Shown here: positions 9,985 to 18,696 of the stretch, in pieces
Numbering within the stretch: position 1 is the stretch's first letter
Layout of the letters: the number at the start of each line of letters is the position of its first letter
NCBI GenBank assembly: GCA_001464715.1
Contig: LNDT01000029.1
Span: forward strand, 1,313 to 65,312
Length of the DNA: 64,000 nucleotides
From: Bdellovibrionales bacterium Ga0074137
GTDB lineage: Bacteria; Bdellovibrionota; Bdellovibrionia; Bdellovibrionales; JAMPXM01
Direction: 5' to 3'
Translations under genes and position numbers: made by a program
The notes under the pieces: generated by a model
What the model saw: the letters and a program-made list of their open reading frames with translations, nothing else
Databases searched by the model: none
What the model was told of the DNA's origin: nothing

Positions 9985-11322
9985 CTACCCCACTTCTGTT
10001 TTTTGTACTCTAAGCGTTAATCCTTCAATCGATTCAACTTTCACATGCTCGCCAACGCGAACGCGTCCCGAGCAGTGAAACGCCCACAGCTCACCGCGAA
10101 CCGTTACGTAGCCAGTAACGCCGTCATCTCCCAAGCGTTCAACTTGAGTGACGCTTCCGACGATTCCACTTTCGGCAACGCTCTCACCGCCTCGCCGGCG
10201 TCCTCGAAAAATAAGAACGGCCAAAGCGAGTAAGCTCAATCCCAAAGTGAGCGGAACACCGATCGACATCCAATAACTTAAAGTGAGGCCACCACTGGCC
10301 GGGTCATAAAGAAGGATACTTCCCATCGTCAGTGCGACGATTCCGCCGATCCCCAGCGCTCCGAAACTTGGAACGAAGGCTTCGGCAATCAAAAACAAAA
10401 CGCCTAAGCCCATCAGACCCACGCCGCCCCACGAAACATCAAGCTTTTGAAACGCGATGAGTGACGTAACCAAAAGCACGGCCCCCGTAACGCCCGGAAC
10501 GATCGAGCCAGGATGCGTAAGCTCAAAATAAAGTAGGCCAAGGGCTGCCATGAAAATCAGATACGAAAACTCAGGATCCGTAAGAATGGACAAAAGACGC
10601 TCTCGCCAATCTTTTTCAATCGGAGAAGAAGCGCCGATTACGACTTTTTGCGTGGTCCCTGCATCACTTCCCAACGATGCTGCCATCAAAACGTCGCGGC
10701 CTTCAGCTTGTCTTAAGAAATCGGCCACCGATCCGGCACGAATATCGACACCACCCATTTTCACGGCTGTTTCGGCGTCGTATGCCTTTGCTTCGGTCAC
10801 GATTTTTTCAGCGAATTCCACCGAGCGCCCGCGCTTTTTAGCAAGACTCATCGCCCAGCTCTTCGTGTCTTCGACAATTTTCTTTCTTAAATCATCGCCC
10901 AAAGTTTCACCGCCGCCCGAAATGGGAGTCGCAGCACCTACGTTCGTCGCCGGAAGAACTCCCGACACGTGACACGCAAGTAAAATCAAGGCACCCGCAC
11001 TTCCGGCATGCCCACCTTCGGGACCGACAAGACACAAAATCGGAATGGGAGAGGCGAGAATTTTTTCGACAATAAGTCGAGTGGTCTGAAGGCTTCCACC
11101 TGGCGTGTTGATGATGAAAAGAGCTGATGCGCAAGATTCGCGCACCGATCGCTGAAGGGCGCGATCAACAAAGTCGTAGGTCGCCGTCGAAACCGCTCCA
11201 TCGATTGTGACCTCTGTCGTGCACGACGTCGGTTCCCTCGGATAATCTTTTGGATCCGGAGTTTGCGAAAAAGCTGGCCAGGAAAATAGCGAAACCAGAG
11301 CCGTCGCGAGAATTGCTAACAT
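9985..11322 (-). CDS. nfeD: Long-form NfeD (ClpP-like protease domain, TM region, OB domain)
   Basis: 'INTPGG', 'AGSAGALI', 'GAATPI', several TM helices, 'GYVTVRGELW'; adjacent to slipin as expected. Confidence 0.93.
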   Translation of the reverse strand: MLAILATALVSLFSWPAFSQTPDPKDYPREPTSCTTEVTIDGAVSTATYDFVDRALQRSVRESCASALFIINTPGGSLQTTRLIVEKILASPIPILCLVGPEGGHAGSAGALILLACHVSGVLPATNVGAATPISGGGETLGDDLRKKIVEDTKSWAMSLAKKRGRSVEFAEKIVTEAKAYDAETAVKMGGVDIRAGSVADFLRQAEGRDVLMAASLGSDAGTTQKVVIGASSPIEKDWRERLLSILTDPEFSYLIFMAALGLLYFELTHPGSIVPGVTGAVLLVTSLIAFQKLDVSWGGVGLMGLGVLFLIAEAFVPSFGALGIGGIVALTMGSILLYDPASGGLTLSYWMSIGVPLTLGLSLLALAVLIFRGRRRGGESVAESGIVGSVTQVERLGDDGVTGYVTVRGELWAFHCSGRVRVGEHVKVESIEGLTLRVQKTEVG

Positions 11323-11400
11323 CCCCGCAGAATCCAGCCCGACGAAGATCCAACCAAGCCTTTACGCGAGGCGCTACCTAAGAGAAGCGCACGGTATTTA

Positions 11401-11922
11401 TCAGTGCGACTCGCGAATCGCTGCCTGAATCGCCACCTGAATGGCCTGCCATGCTTCTCGCTTCAAAGCGGGGCTCGAGTTCATCTCCAGAAAGCTCGGC
11501 ACGTGCAGTACATTCGCCGATGACGCAGAGGCTTCGCTTTCACCGCCAACGCGGGCGCCGGTATTCCCCAAAGCCCCGCAAACAATCGCTAGCTTCAAAC
11601 CACGACTCGCGTCAGCGACGGCACTTCGCCAGTCTTCATTTGAAGCCTGACACCACTGCATTTCAGGAAGTGCGTCGGTCGATTTCTTCAACCATTCGTT
11701 GCGAAGCGCCTCCAACATACGAGCGCCCATTTGCTGAAGCGAGGCTTGCTCGACCGACGCCGAACCGACTTCGACCAGAAGACAAACACCGTGACCCGCG
11801 ACCTCCGCAGTCGCATCGATCCGCGGTCCAGAAAAGCTCTTCACGCCCAGGACACGGTCAAAATATCGCGAAATTAGATTTTGAGGAGGTAGCGATTTGG
11901 CAGGTGTCGATTTGGAGTCCAT
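11401..11922 (-). CDS. Hypothetical protein with a UDG-like/HolD-like C-terminal motif
   Basis: 173-aa ORF; C-terminus 'HVPSFLEMNSSPALKREAWQAIQ'. Confidence 0.55.
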   Translation of the reverse strand: MDSKSTPAKSLPPQNLISRYFDRVLGVKSFSGPRIDATAEVAGHGVCLLVEVGSASVEQASLQQMGARMLEALRNEWLKKSTDALPEMQWCQASNEDWRSAVADASRGLKLAIVCGALGNTGARVGGESEASASSANVLHVPSFLEMNSSPALKREAWQAIQVAIQAAIRESH

Positions 11923-12052
11923 GACACCGGCTTACCCGATCGACCGCGGGGGCGGCAAATTTTTCCCGTTAAGTAATGCATTCTTCCGCCGAAAAGCTCC
12001 TCAGACAACACAGTCAGACGCAAGAGTCAGACACCCACGGACGGAGCGCAGC

Positions 12053-12289
12053 ATGGATCGCAGCAAAATGGCCCACACAGAAAAAATGATGACAGAGACT
12101 GTCGACCCACAGTTTGACCAAATCACGCCAGTTCAAGAATTTCTTCAGGATCAAAATAATTGCTGCTTGTGTGGCTCTGAACTTAAGTTCACACACAAGT
12201 TCGATCACCTCGAGCTCACGGTGCTTGAAGACGCCAAGTGCGAGAGCTGCCATATCTCGCTTCGCACTCGAAGCCACAGTCTCCAGTAG
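12053..12289 (+). CDS. Small putative zinc-binding protein
   Basis: GGAG RBS before ATG at 12053; 'CCLCG...CESCH' gives two CxxC pairs. Confidence 0.7.
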   Translation: MDRSKMAHTEKMMTETVDPQFDQITPVQEFLQDQNNCCLCGSELKFTHKFDHLELTVLEDAKCESCHISLRTRSHSLQ

Positions 12290-12295
12290 CCGCCG

Positions 12296-13384
12296 CTAGC
12301 GTCGAGGTTCAGTTCGCGCTTCGGGAGAAAGTTGAGTCTCAGCGTTTTTCGTGAGGCTCTCTCCGATGGCTCCCACAGTCAGCTCCTCAATCACAAGTCC
12401 TCCCGCGATGACAACACCGACGGCGCCAGCTTTAGCGACTCGGGCCGCTTTCTTCGACAGAGTCATGTTCGGAGTCTGAATTCGCACAATGCGAATATGA
12501 GGAACATCCATTTTAGAGGGAACGATTTGCGAGATTCCAAGATTCTTCATGAAGAACGTATCGAGTTCTGTCGCCGTTTTACCATCCACTAAAATATCTC
12601 GAATAATATGGAAGCTGGGCGGCATCTGATGATTCGCTTTTCGAACCGACTCGAGCGTCATGTGAGCTGCGTGATACTGTTCGCGAGCCAAGTGAATTCT
12701 CATATCAGCGTCAGCTTTGATCGGCTTGAGCTCGGCGAGCTGCTTTTGCAGATCGGAAATCGTTTCCATGTAATGCAGGCGGATGCCGCGAGACTGATTA
12801 TTCAGCGAAAGCCCTCCGTGGTGGCCTTTGGCGACAACAATATCTTTCAAGATAATTGCTTCGGCGGCCTTGAGTTTCGCAACACGCGCTTCCCACTCGG
12901 CTTTGCCATGTTTTAGTTCGTCAACGGCCGCAGCCAACGTCTCTTCGTTTCCAGCGATGTACTCAAGGCGAACAACATCACCGGGGATTGTATCTTTAAG
13001 TATCATCTCGCGCAGCACGTTTTGGGGAGTCGCCCGCAGTTGCTCCAGCGAACCTGCGTGCATGAGCTTCGAGTGCTCACGACTGCGCTGACGAGCTATT
13101 ACATTTTGTTGAAGCGCTACTTTTCCAGAAATTAAACCAAGTCCCGTCGATATCACGGTGACGCCAAGCTGTCCGGCGCTCAGTGAGCTACCTTGTGTGG
13201 GGCCCACGTTGAGTGGGTAGACATCCTCGGGACTCAGACGGGCCAGTGCTTCCGTGTTGTAGCCCAAATCCGCGTGTGCGACGGGGCTCGCAAAGGGGCC
13301 AACCGGTGAGGCGCCAAGAGCGGAAACAGTCATCATAGAGAATCCAAATTTTCGAAATGAAAATGATCGATTCGAGAACTTCAT
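12296..13384 (-). CDS. Secreted or membrane hypothetical protein with coiled coil
   Basis: 362-aa ORF with signal-like N-terminus, helical middle and a hydrophobic C-terminal segment; AAGG RBS. Confidence 0.7.
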   Translation of the reverse strand: MKFSNRSFSFRKFGFSMMTVSALGASPVGPFASPVAHADLGYNTEALARLSPEDVYPLNVGPTQGSSLSAGQLGVTVISTGLGLISGKVALQQNVIARQRSREHSKLMHAGSLEQLRATPQNVLREMILKDTIPGDVVRLEYIAGNEETLAAAVDELKHGKAEWEARVAKLKAAEAIILKDIVVAKGHHGGLSLNNQSRGIRLHYMETISDLQKQLAELKPIKADADMRIHLAREQYHAAHMTLESVRKANHQMPPSFHIIRDILVDGKTATELDTFFMKNLGISQIVPSKMDVPHIRIVRIQTPNMTLSKKAARVAKAGAVGVVIAGGLVIEELTVGAIGESLTKNAETQLSPEARTEPRR

Positions 13385-13448
13385 TGTGTACCTTTTTGTT
13401 CAATATAAAAGAGAGCGCCGAATGAGAGAGCAAAGTTCTGACCGCCGC

Positions 13449-13796
13449 CTATTTCAATTGGTTGATTGCCGCATCCATTTTTTGAAGGCTTGCCAAATAT
13501 GAGCGTCCCCGTTTTTCATACTGTCCAGGAGCTAGACAGAGCCGGGTATCGGGCCGAGTGCGCCTCACGGCCGCGATCGTCGCAAGAATTAAGGACTTCC
13601 AATCCAACGAATGAACTTCGGGGACATTGAGGCGAAGTATCCCGACTTTCTCTTCTTGAACGGTTTTGAAAATTACGTGAAGGGAAAACCACACGGCCAA
13701 ATTTAGTACGACCCCTACGACGGCAGCGGTTATTGAAGACAAGGCCCTCGACAAACTTCTGTTGTTTCCTACCGCTTCAATAGAGGGCGCGCCCAA
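13449..13796 (-). pseudogene. C-terminal fragment of a chromate transporter (ChrA family)
   Basis: 'GAPSIE..NNRSLSRALSSITAAVVGVVLNLAVWFSLHVIF' matches the ChrA C-terminus; the N-terminal part is missing and the tail looks unrelated. Confidence 0.75.
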
Positions 13797-13916
13797 AAAT
13801 GAAGACTGGGCGACAATAGCTACCCGACAGAAAGAGCAGCCGTCCGGTCATCTGCCTTCCTCAGCCTACGGGAGCAACAAATTGATTCCGGGACAGGTTG
13901 AATCAGGGAAATTCCA

Positions 13917-14669
13917 TTGACTCGTCACCGAAAAATACATATGCTTCCAAAAATGAAGGATTCCGCAAAAACCTCAGCATTTTTGGCGCCTTGCTCACCC
14001 TCTTCTGCATCTGGTCGAGGCGCAGAGAAACGAACTCGAGCGAAATCGAAAACCCAACGGCCACGAAAATCAGGTCAGACATCTTTTTTGCCGAACCTCA
14101 AAGATACTTTTATCGGCGCCGATCGCCGATCCGGCAATCGCGAGACGCACGCAAAGATCAGTCGGCCGCTGACAAGTCAAAAACCGATCCACGTTTGCTT
14201 CAGGTCGAAGTTCGCACTAGGTAAACGCACGATGCTGGGCGCGAACAAAATCAAGGTGAATGCTCTTGTCACCGACATCTCACGCCGCTACCGCGTGAAA
14301 CTTCAAAAGAACGTGAATGTCGGAAATCACCTGCACCTCGTGGTGAAGCTTTCAGGCAGTCCAATGACGGCCCGGCGGCAGTTCCGGTCTTGGATAAGGC
14401 TCTTGACGGCGCGGATCGCGTTTGAAGTTGGTGGCTCTAGAAAGGGTAAACCGTTCAGAGATGAGAATGGTCGGCGCGTAAAATTTTGGGATGCGATTCC
14501 ATTTTCGAGAATTGTTCACGGCCGCCGAGGGTGGGTAGCCATCGATCGTTACGTGCTAAAAAACGAACTGGAAGCGAGAGGCCATAGAAAAGGTCAAGCG
14601 ATTCAGCTGGCGCGAGAGATCTACGACTCTGATCGTCTTTTGACGCCGAAAGTTTACGCCTCGGATTGA
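13917..14669 (+). CDS. Y1/HUH transposase-like protein (IS200-fold, RAYT-like)
   Basis: 'RPLTSQKPIHVCFRS', HUH motif 'NVGNHLHLVV', 'KFWD..PFSRIV', candidate catalytic Tyr in 'RYVLKN'. No tnpB nearby; start uncertain. Confidence 0.8.
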   Translation: MTRHRKIHMLPKMKDSAKTSAFLAPCSPSSASGRGAEKRTRAKSKTQRPRKSGQTSFLPNLKDTFIGADRRSGNRETHAKISRPLTSQKPIHVCFRSKFALGKRTMLGANKIKVNALVTDISRRYRVKLQKNVNVGNHLHLVVKLSGSPMTARRQFRSWIRLLTARIAFEVGGSRKGKPFRDENGRRVKFWDAIPFSRIVHGRRGWVAIDRYVLKNELEARGHRKGQAIQLAREIYDSDRLLTPKVYASD

Positions 14670-14791
14670 GCGCCGTAGCATAAAAGTAGAAATGGAAGGT
14701 CTAACCTTCGGCTTCGACCCCGCCAAATGAAGGCGACCCCGGTCGGCCCTCAAACGGCCTCATCGCGTTAGAAATCGCCGACGTCGCCGGC

Positions 14792-16780
14792 CTAACCCTT
14801 ACCGCCGCCAGAATTCGGTTCGCCATCGCCGGCTTCACCGCCCACAGCCGCCTCAGCTGGAATTTCGTCAGACTCCGCGACCATATCCGAAAGAGCCAAG
14901 TCTTTTCGAAGCGCATCGATCAAAGCTCGCGCGGTCTCAGGCGTAAATCCCTTCACGCTGGCCACATCCTCAACCTTCGCCTCGCGAATCGCGTCGACCG
15001 ACGGAAACTTTTGAAGGAGAGCTTTCTTTTTCGCAGGGCCAAGCCCCGTCACTGGCAACTGATCCAGTTCACTTTCAATCGACGTCGATTCTCGGAGCTT
15101 CCGATGATACGTAATCGCGAATCGGTGCGCCTCATCGCGGATGCCAACGAGAATCCGGAATGCTTCGCTACCGACCTTGAACAGCACAGGGTTCGTACGT
15201 CCCGGAAGAAAGAACCGCTCTTCGCTGGCTCTCACTTCGGTTGATTTAAAATCAGAATCCGTGCGCGCTTTCGCCAAACCCACGACAGGGATCTCGGTTA
15301 AACTTAGCTCTTTTAAAACTTCCATCGCAATGCCCAGCTGACCTTTACCGCCATCGATCACGACAAGATCTGGAGCATCGATTTCAGAGTGAAGAAATCG
15401 CCTCGTCAAAACTTCGCGCATCGATTCGAAATCATTAGTCCCGATGACGGTCTTAATTTTATAGCGCCGATACTGATCTTTGTTCGGTACACCGTCCTCA
15501 AAAACCACTTGGCTCGCAACGGTCTCCGCCCCTTGGAATGTTGAAATATCAAAGCACTCGATGCGCAGAGGAAGCCTTGGAAGCTTGAGACGCTCTTGAA
15601 TTTCTTCAAGCGCTCGTTTTTTCGCTTCCGACTTATCGACGTGACTTGAAAAATGCTCTTTCGCGTTGGCATTCGCCATGTCCATCAGACGATGACCCGC
15701 GCCATCGGTCGGAAATCTCACTTTAACTTTGTGACCACTTCGCTCCTGAAGAACAGCGGCGATGAGATCCATGATCTCTCGACCAAGATCGATCGCGAGC
15801 AGAACTTCATCGGGAATCAGCGCTTCGTCGTAGTATTGGTTCAAGTACGAGGTGAGCCACTCTCTGACATCTTCGTCGGGAGAGTTCGCATCCAGCAGCG
15901 GAAGAAAATGACCGCGGTTTCCAATAACACGGCCCGATCGAATATGAATCGTCTCAACCAATGTTCCGCGCTCATCACCAAAGTACCCTACAACGTCTTG
16001 ATCAAGATCCGAAGTGTCGTTCACAACGGCCTGCCGCTCGAGAACGGACTTTACAGCCTCAATCGAATCACGAAAACGCGCGGCTGCTTCGAAGCGCTCA
16101 CTTTGCGAGGCCGCCTTCATTCTTCCTGTCAGGTCTTTTACGATCTGCTTATCGCGACCTCTTAAGAACTGGATGCTCTGCTTGATATCTTCGCCGTATT
16201 CGTCTTTTCCGACGAGGCCTACGCACGGGGCTTTGCAGCGACCTATTTGATGAGTCATACACGGCCGCTTTCGAGTCGCAAAAAACGCATCTTTACAGTC
16301 ACGAATCATGAAGGTGCGATTTAAGAATTTTATCGTACCCCAGACCGCCGTCCCATTGGTGTAAGGACCAAAGTACATCGCGCCGTCTTTTTTGACCTTC
16401 CGAGCGAGGTAAACTCGGGGAAATTTGTCAGCCATCGAAAGACGAATGTACGGATAGCTTTTGTCGTCTTTAAGCCGAATATTGTACCGCGGTCGGTGCT
16501 TCTTGATCAGCGAAGCTTCCAACAAAAAGGCTTCAACTTCGGTCTTCGTTAAAATCGTGTCGATCGTCCGAATATTTCGAACCAGAAATCTTGTTTTGGG
16601 AGAGTGGTCTTTCGAATCCGTAAGATAGCTTCGAACGCGCGCGCGCAGGCTCTTGGCTTTGCCGACATAGATGATTTTCTCCGCGGCGTTCTTCATTAAA
16701 TAAACGCCCGGAAGATGCGGAAATTCCCGCACCTTCTCTTTGAGCTCTTCAATGATCTCTTGCTCGGACTTTAAGCGCAC
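14792..16780 (-). CDS. uvrC: Excinuclease ABC subunit C
   Basis: GIY-YIG 'PGVYLM..IIYVGKAKSLRARV', 'RIECFDIS', 'PDLVVIDGGKGQL', 'RDEAHRFAI', HhH. Confidence 0.98.
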   Translation of the reverse strand: MRLKSEQEIIEELKEKVREFPHLPGVYLMKNAAEKIIYVGKAKSLRARVRSYLTDSKDHSPKTRFLVRNIRTIDTILTKTEVEAFLLEASLIKKHRPRYNIRLKDDKSYPYIRLSMADKFPRVYLARKVKKDGAMYFGPYTNGTAVWGTIKFLNRTFMIRDCKDAFFATRKRPCMTHQIGRCKAPCVGLVGKDEYGEDIKQSIQFLRGRDKQIVKDLTGRMKAASQSERFEAAARFRDSIEAVKSVLERQAVVNDTSDLDQDVVGYFGDERGTLVETIHIRSGRVIGNRGHFLPLLDANSPDEDVREWLTSYLNQYYDEALIPDEVLLAIDLGREIMDLIAAVLQERSGHKVKVRFPTDGAGHRLMDMANANAKEHFSSHVDKSEAKKRALEEIQERLKLPRLPLRIECFDISTFQGAETVASQVVFEDGVPNKDQYRRYKIKTVIGTNDFESMREVLTRRFLHSEIDAPDLVVIDGGKGQLGIAMEVLKELSLTEIPVVGLAKARTDSDFKSTEVRASEERFFLPGRTNPVLFKVGSEAFRILVGIRDEAHRFAITYHRKLRESTSIESELDQLPVTGLGPAKKKALLQKFPSVDAIREAKVEDVASVKGFTPETARALIDALRKDLALSDMVAESDEIPAEAAVGGEAGDGEPNSGGGKG

Positions 16781-16787
16781 AGTGCCG

Positions 16788-17915
16788 TTAGTTTGCTTCT
16801 AAAAACAGATCTCGGCAACTTCTCGGCCCCGTATTGCTGCGAACATGGCGCGAAAGCCCCAGTTTCATCGCGAAATTCTGAACTCGGGACTCGGACTCGT
16901 TTCGGATCGACTCATCCAGACGCTGGTGGGCCTCAGAGTCACTGTGAAACGATTTAAATTCAGGAAATGGGTCTCTGAACTCACCCTGATGGCTTCTTGC
17001 GCCCATCGCCAAAGCGCGCGCAAAGACTCGCCCGGTTTGCTTCAGCGTTTCAGCATCTTCAATGAGGTCCGCGATTCTCGCTTCCACAACCGGAAGCTTC
17101 CAGCCGCGAAATTCTCCAAGACCAAAAAGCTTTCCATAGTTAAAGGCTCGGTACTTCCACGCGTGAACTGGGTTTCCACCAAACAGCGCAAGCTCAATAG
17201 CCTGGTACTTTTGAAACACGGCCCGCACGCTCCCCAACGTCCGATCCTGCCTTGGAAGTGCCGCAAGCTCCGCTAGCAATGCTTTTTGATTGAGAGCCAG
17301 TGGCACCGCGAACTTGTTCACGGTGTGACCGTAGCGCTTTGGACCCACGAGATTGTAAATGGACTTCACATTCATTTCTAAAAAGAGAATCGCGTCGACA
17401 AATTCAGCGATGTTTCTTCGATCAGCCCCCGGAGCGTTTAAGTCCCCCACCCATTGACTCACATCCAAAGTGAAGTGAGTTGAAGAACTATAACCCTCGA
17501 TAAAGAGACCCGATTGCCGAATAGCTTCTATAGCCCGCCCAAGCTTCTCTTCATCTTGCGGCGTCTCGAGCGGCGGAGTGATCAGTTCAAAGCCATCAAA
17601 CTTTTCGCCGTTCATCTTCTCTGGAACCACGGACCAAATTCGACCTTGAGGATCTTTAAAGGCCGCCATCATAGTTCCGCGAGCATTGATAAATTTATCC
17701 CAGGACTGCATCCGGATACGACTGCCGCCAAATTCATTTCGAACAAATGAAAGCAGCGCCTCGTGGTTTTTGGTGTCTGAAACTTTCGCGGTTGGGCGCA
17801 AGGCTTCGTACTCAAACTCTAAGCCCACCCGCGAATGATCAAACGCCGCGGCGAAAGCATCGATCGCCACCAACGAACTGAATAAAAATAAAATGAAGTT
17901 TCTTAAAAAACGCAC
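16788..17915 (-). CDS. Signal-peptide-bearing amidoligase-like protein (COOH-NH2 ligase type 2)
   Basis: 'VGLEFE', 'GFELITPPL', 'SSSTHF', 'KYRAFN', 'VVEAR' occur in Amidoligase_2 motif order; N-terminal signal peptide. Confidence 0.65.
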   Translation of the reverse strand: MRFLRNFILFLFSSLVAIDAFAAAFDHSRVGLEFEYEALRPTAKVSDTKNHEALLSFVRNEFGGSRIRMQSWDKFINARGTMMAAFKDPQGRIWSVVPEKMNGEKFDGFELITPPLETPQDEEKLGRAIEAIRQSGLFIEGYSSSTHFTLDVSQWVGDLNAPGADRRNIAEFVDAILFLEMNVKSIYNLVGPKRYGHTVNKFAVPLALNQKALLAELAALPRQDRTLGSVRAVFQKYQAIELALFGGNPVHAWKYRAFNYGKLFGLGEFRGWKLPVVEARIADLIEDAETLKQTGRVFARALAMGARSHQGEFRDPFPEFKSFHSDSEAHQRLDESIRNESESRVQNFAMKLGLSRHVRSNTGPRSCRDLFLEAN

Positions 17916-18192
17916 GAATCATCTTAGTCGATTTTCAAGAGAAATTCGAGCCCCACCCCGGCTCTGCCCTAGCGAAACTTCGAAATCTTAACCCGCAACC
18001 CGAGCCCAAAACCGTCACTCCGACTGAACCTTAGGCAAATACGTCGAGGCACGACCGAAAAAACGTTAAAAATCAGCAAAGGCCCGCCTCAAAGTCTCGG
18101 GTCATATTTGCAACCGACCCATCGTCATGGCGCCTCGCCCGCAGGTCGCATAGTTAAACAGCGACCACATTAACCAATCAGGAGAAATCAAA

Positions 18193-18672
18193 ATGCTTAA
18201 GTCTATCATCGCTCTTGCCGCAGTTTTCGCTCTGCCTTTGACCGTTGGCGCCGAAACAGTCAAAAGCACCAAAAGTTCAGTTTCAATAGCACGTGTTGTT
18301 CAAATCGTGCCCCTTTCGAAAAACACGGACATGCAAATTTCGGCTGTTGTTGAAGATCTTGGCGGAAGCACTGATGTCAGTCCGACACAAAATATCTTTC
18401 TAACGATGTACGCTAAAGGCGAAATGTACGACGTCGAAGCAACATTCTTAATTTCTGACGCTCTCAGCTTCACATCCGCTCGCGCGACATCACCAACGAC
18501 GTTTGAAGTCGTTGCCACCCAATATGAAGGCGCGGGACTTTTTGATCGCACCTACAAAATCGATGCTTCAAAAGCCATTGCAGATATGAAGGCCGTCAAT
18601 TGCGCTGGCGATTTCGATTGCGACGCTGCTGAAAAATTCGAGTCGACTGTCGAAGTCACTTTCGAAGAGTAA
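18193..18672 (+). CDS. Secreted hypothetical protein
   Basis: AGGAG RBS; signal peptide MLKSIIALAAVFALPLTVGA. Confidence 0.8.
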   Translation: MLKSIIALAAVFALPLTVGAETVKSTKSSVSIARVVQIVPLSKNTDMQISAVVEDLGGSTDVSPTQNIFLTMYAKGEMYDVEATFLISDALSFTSARATSPTTFEVVATQYEGAGLFDRTYKIDASKAIADMKAVNCAGDFDCDAAEKFESTVEVTFEE

Positions 18673-18696
18673 TCTAGCGACTTTCAAATCGTCCGA

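Noticed and set aside
18128-18143. Second sigma54-like motif TGGCGC-N5-CCGCA
   Set aside because: The spacing fits but the -12 match is poor and no enhancer sites are evident.
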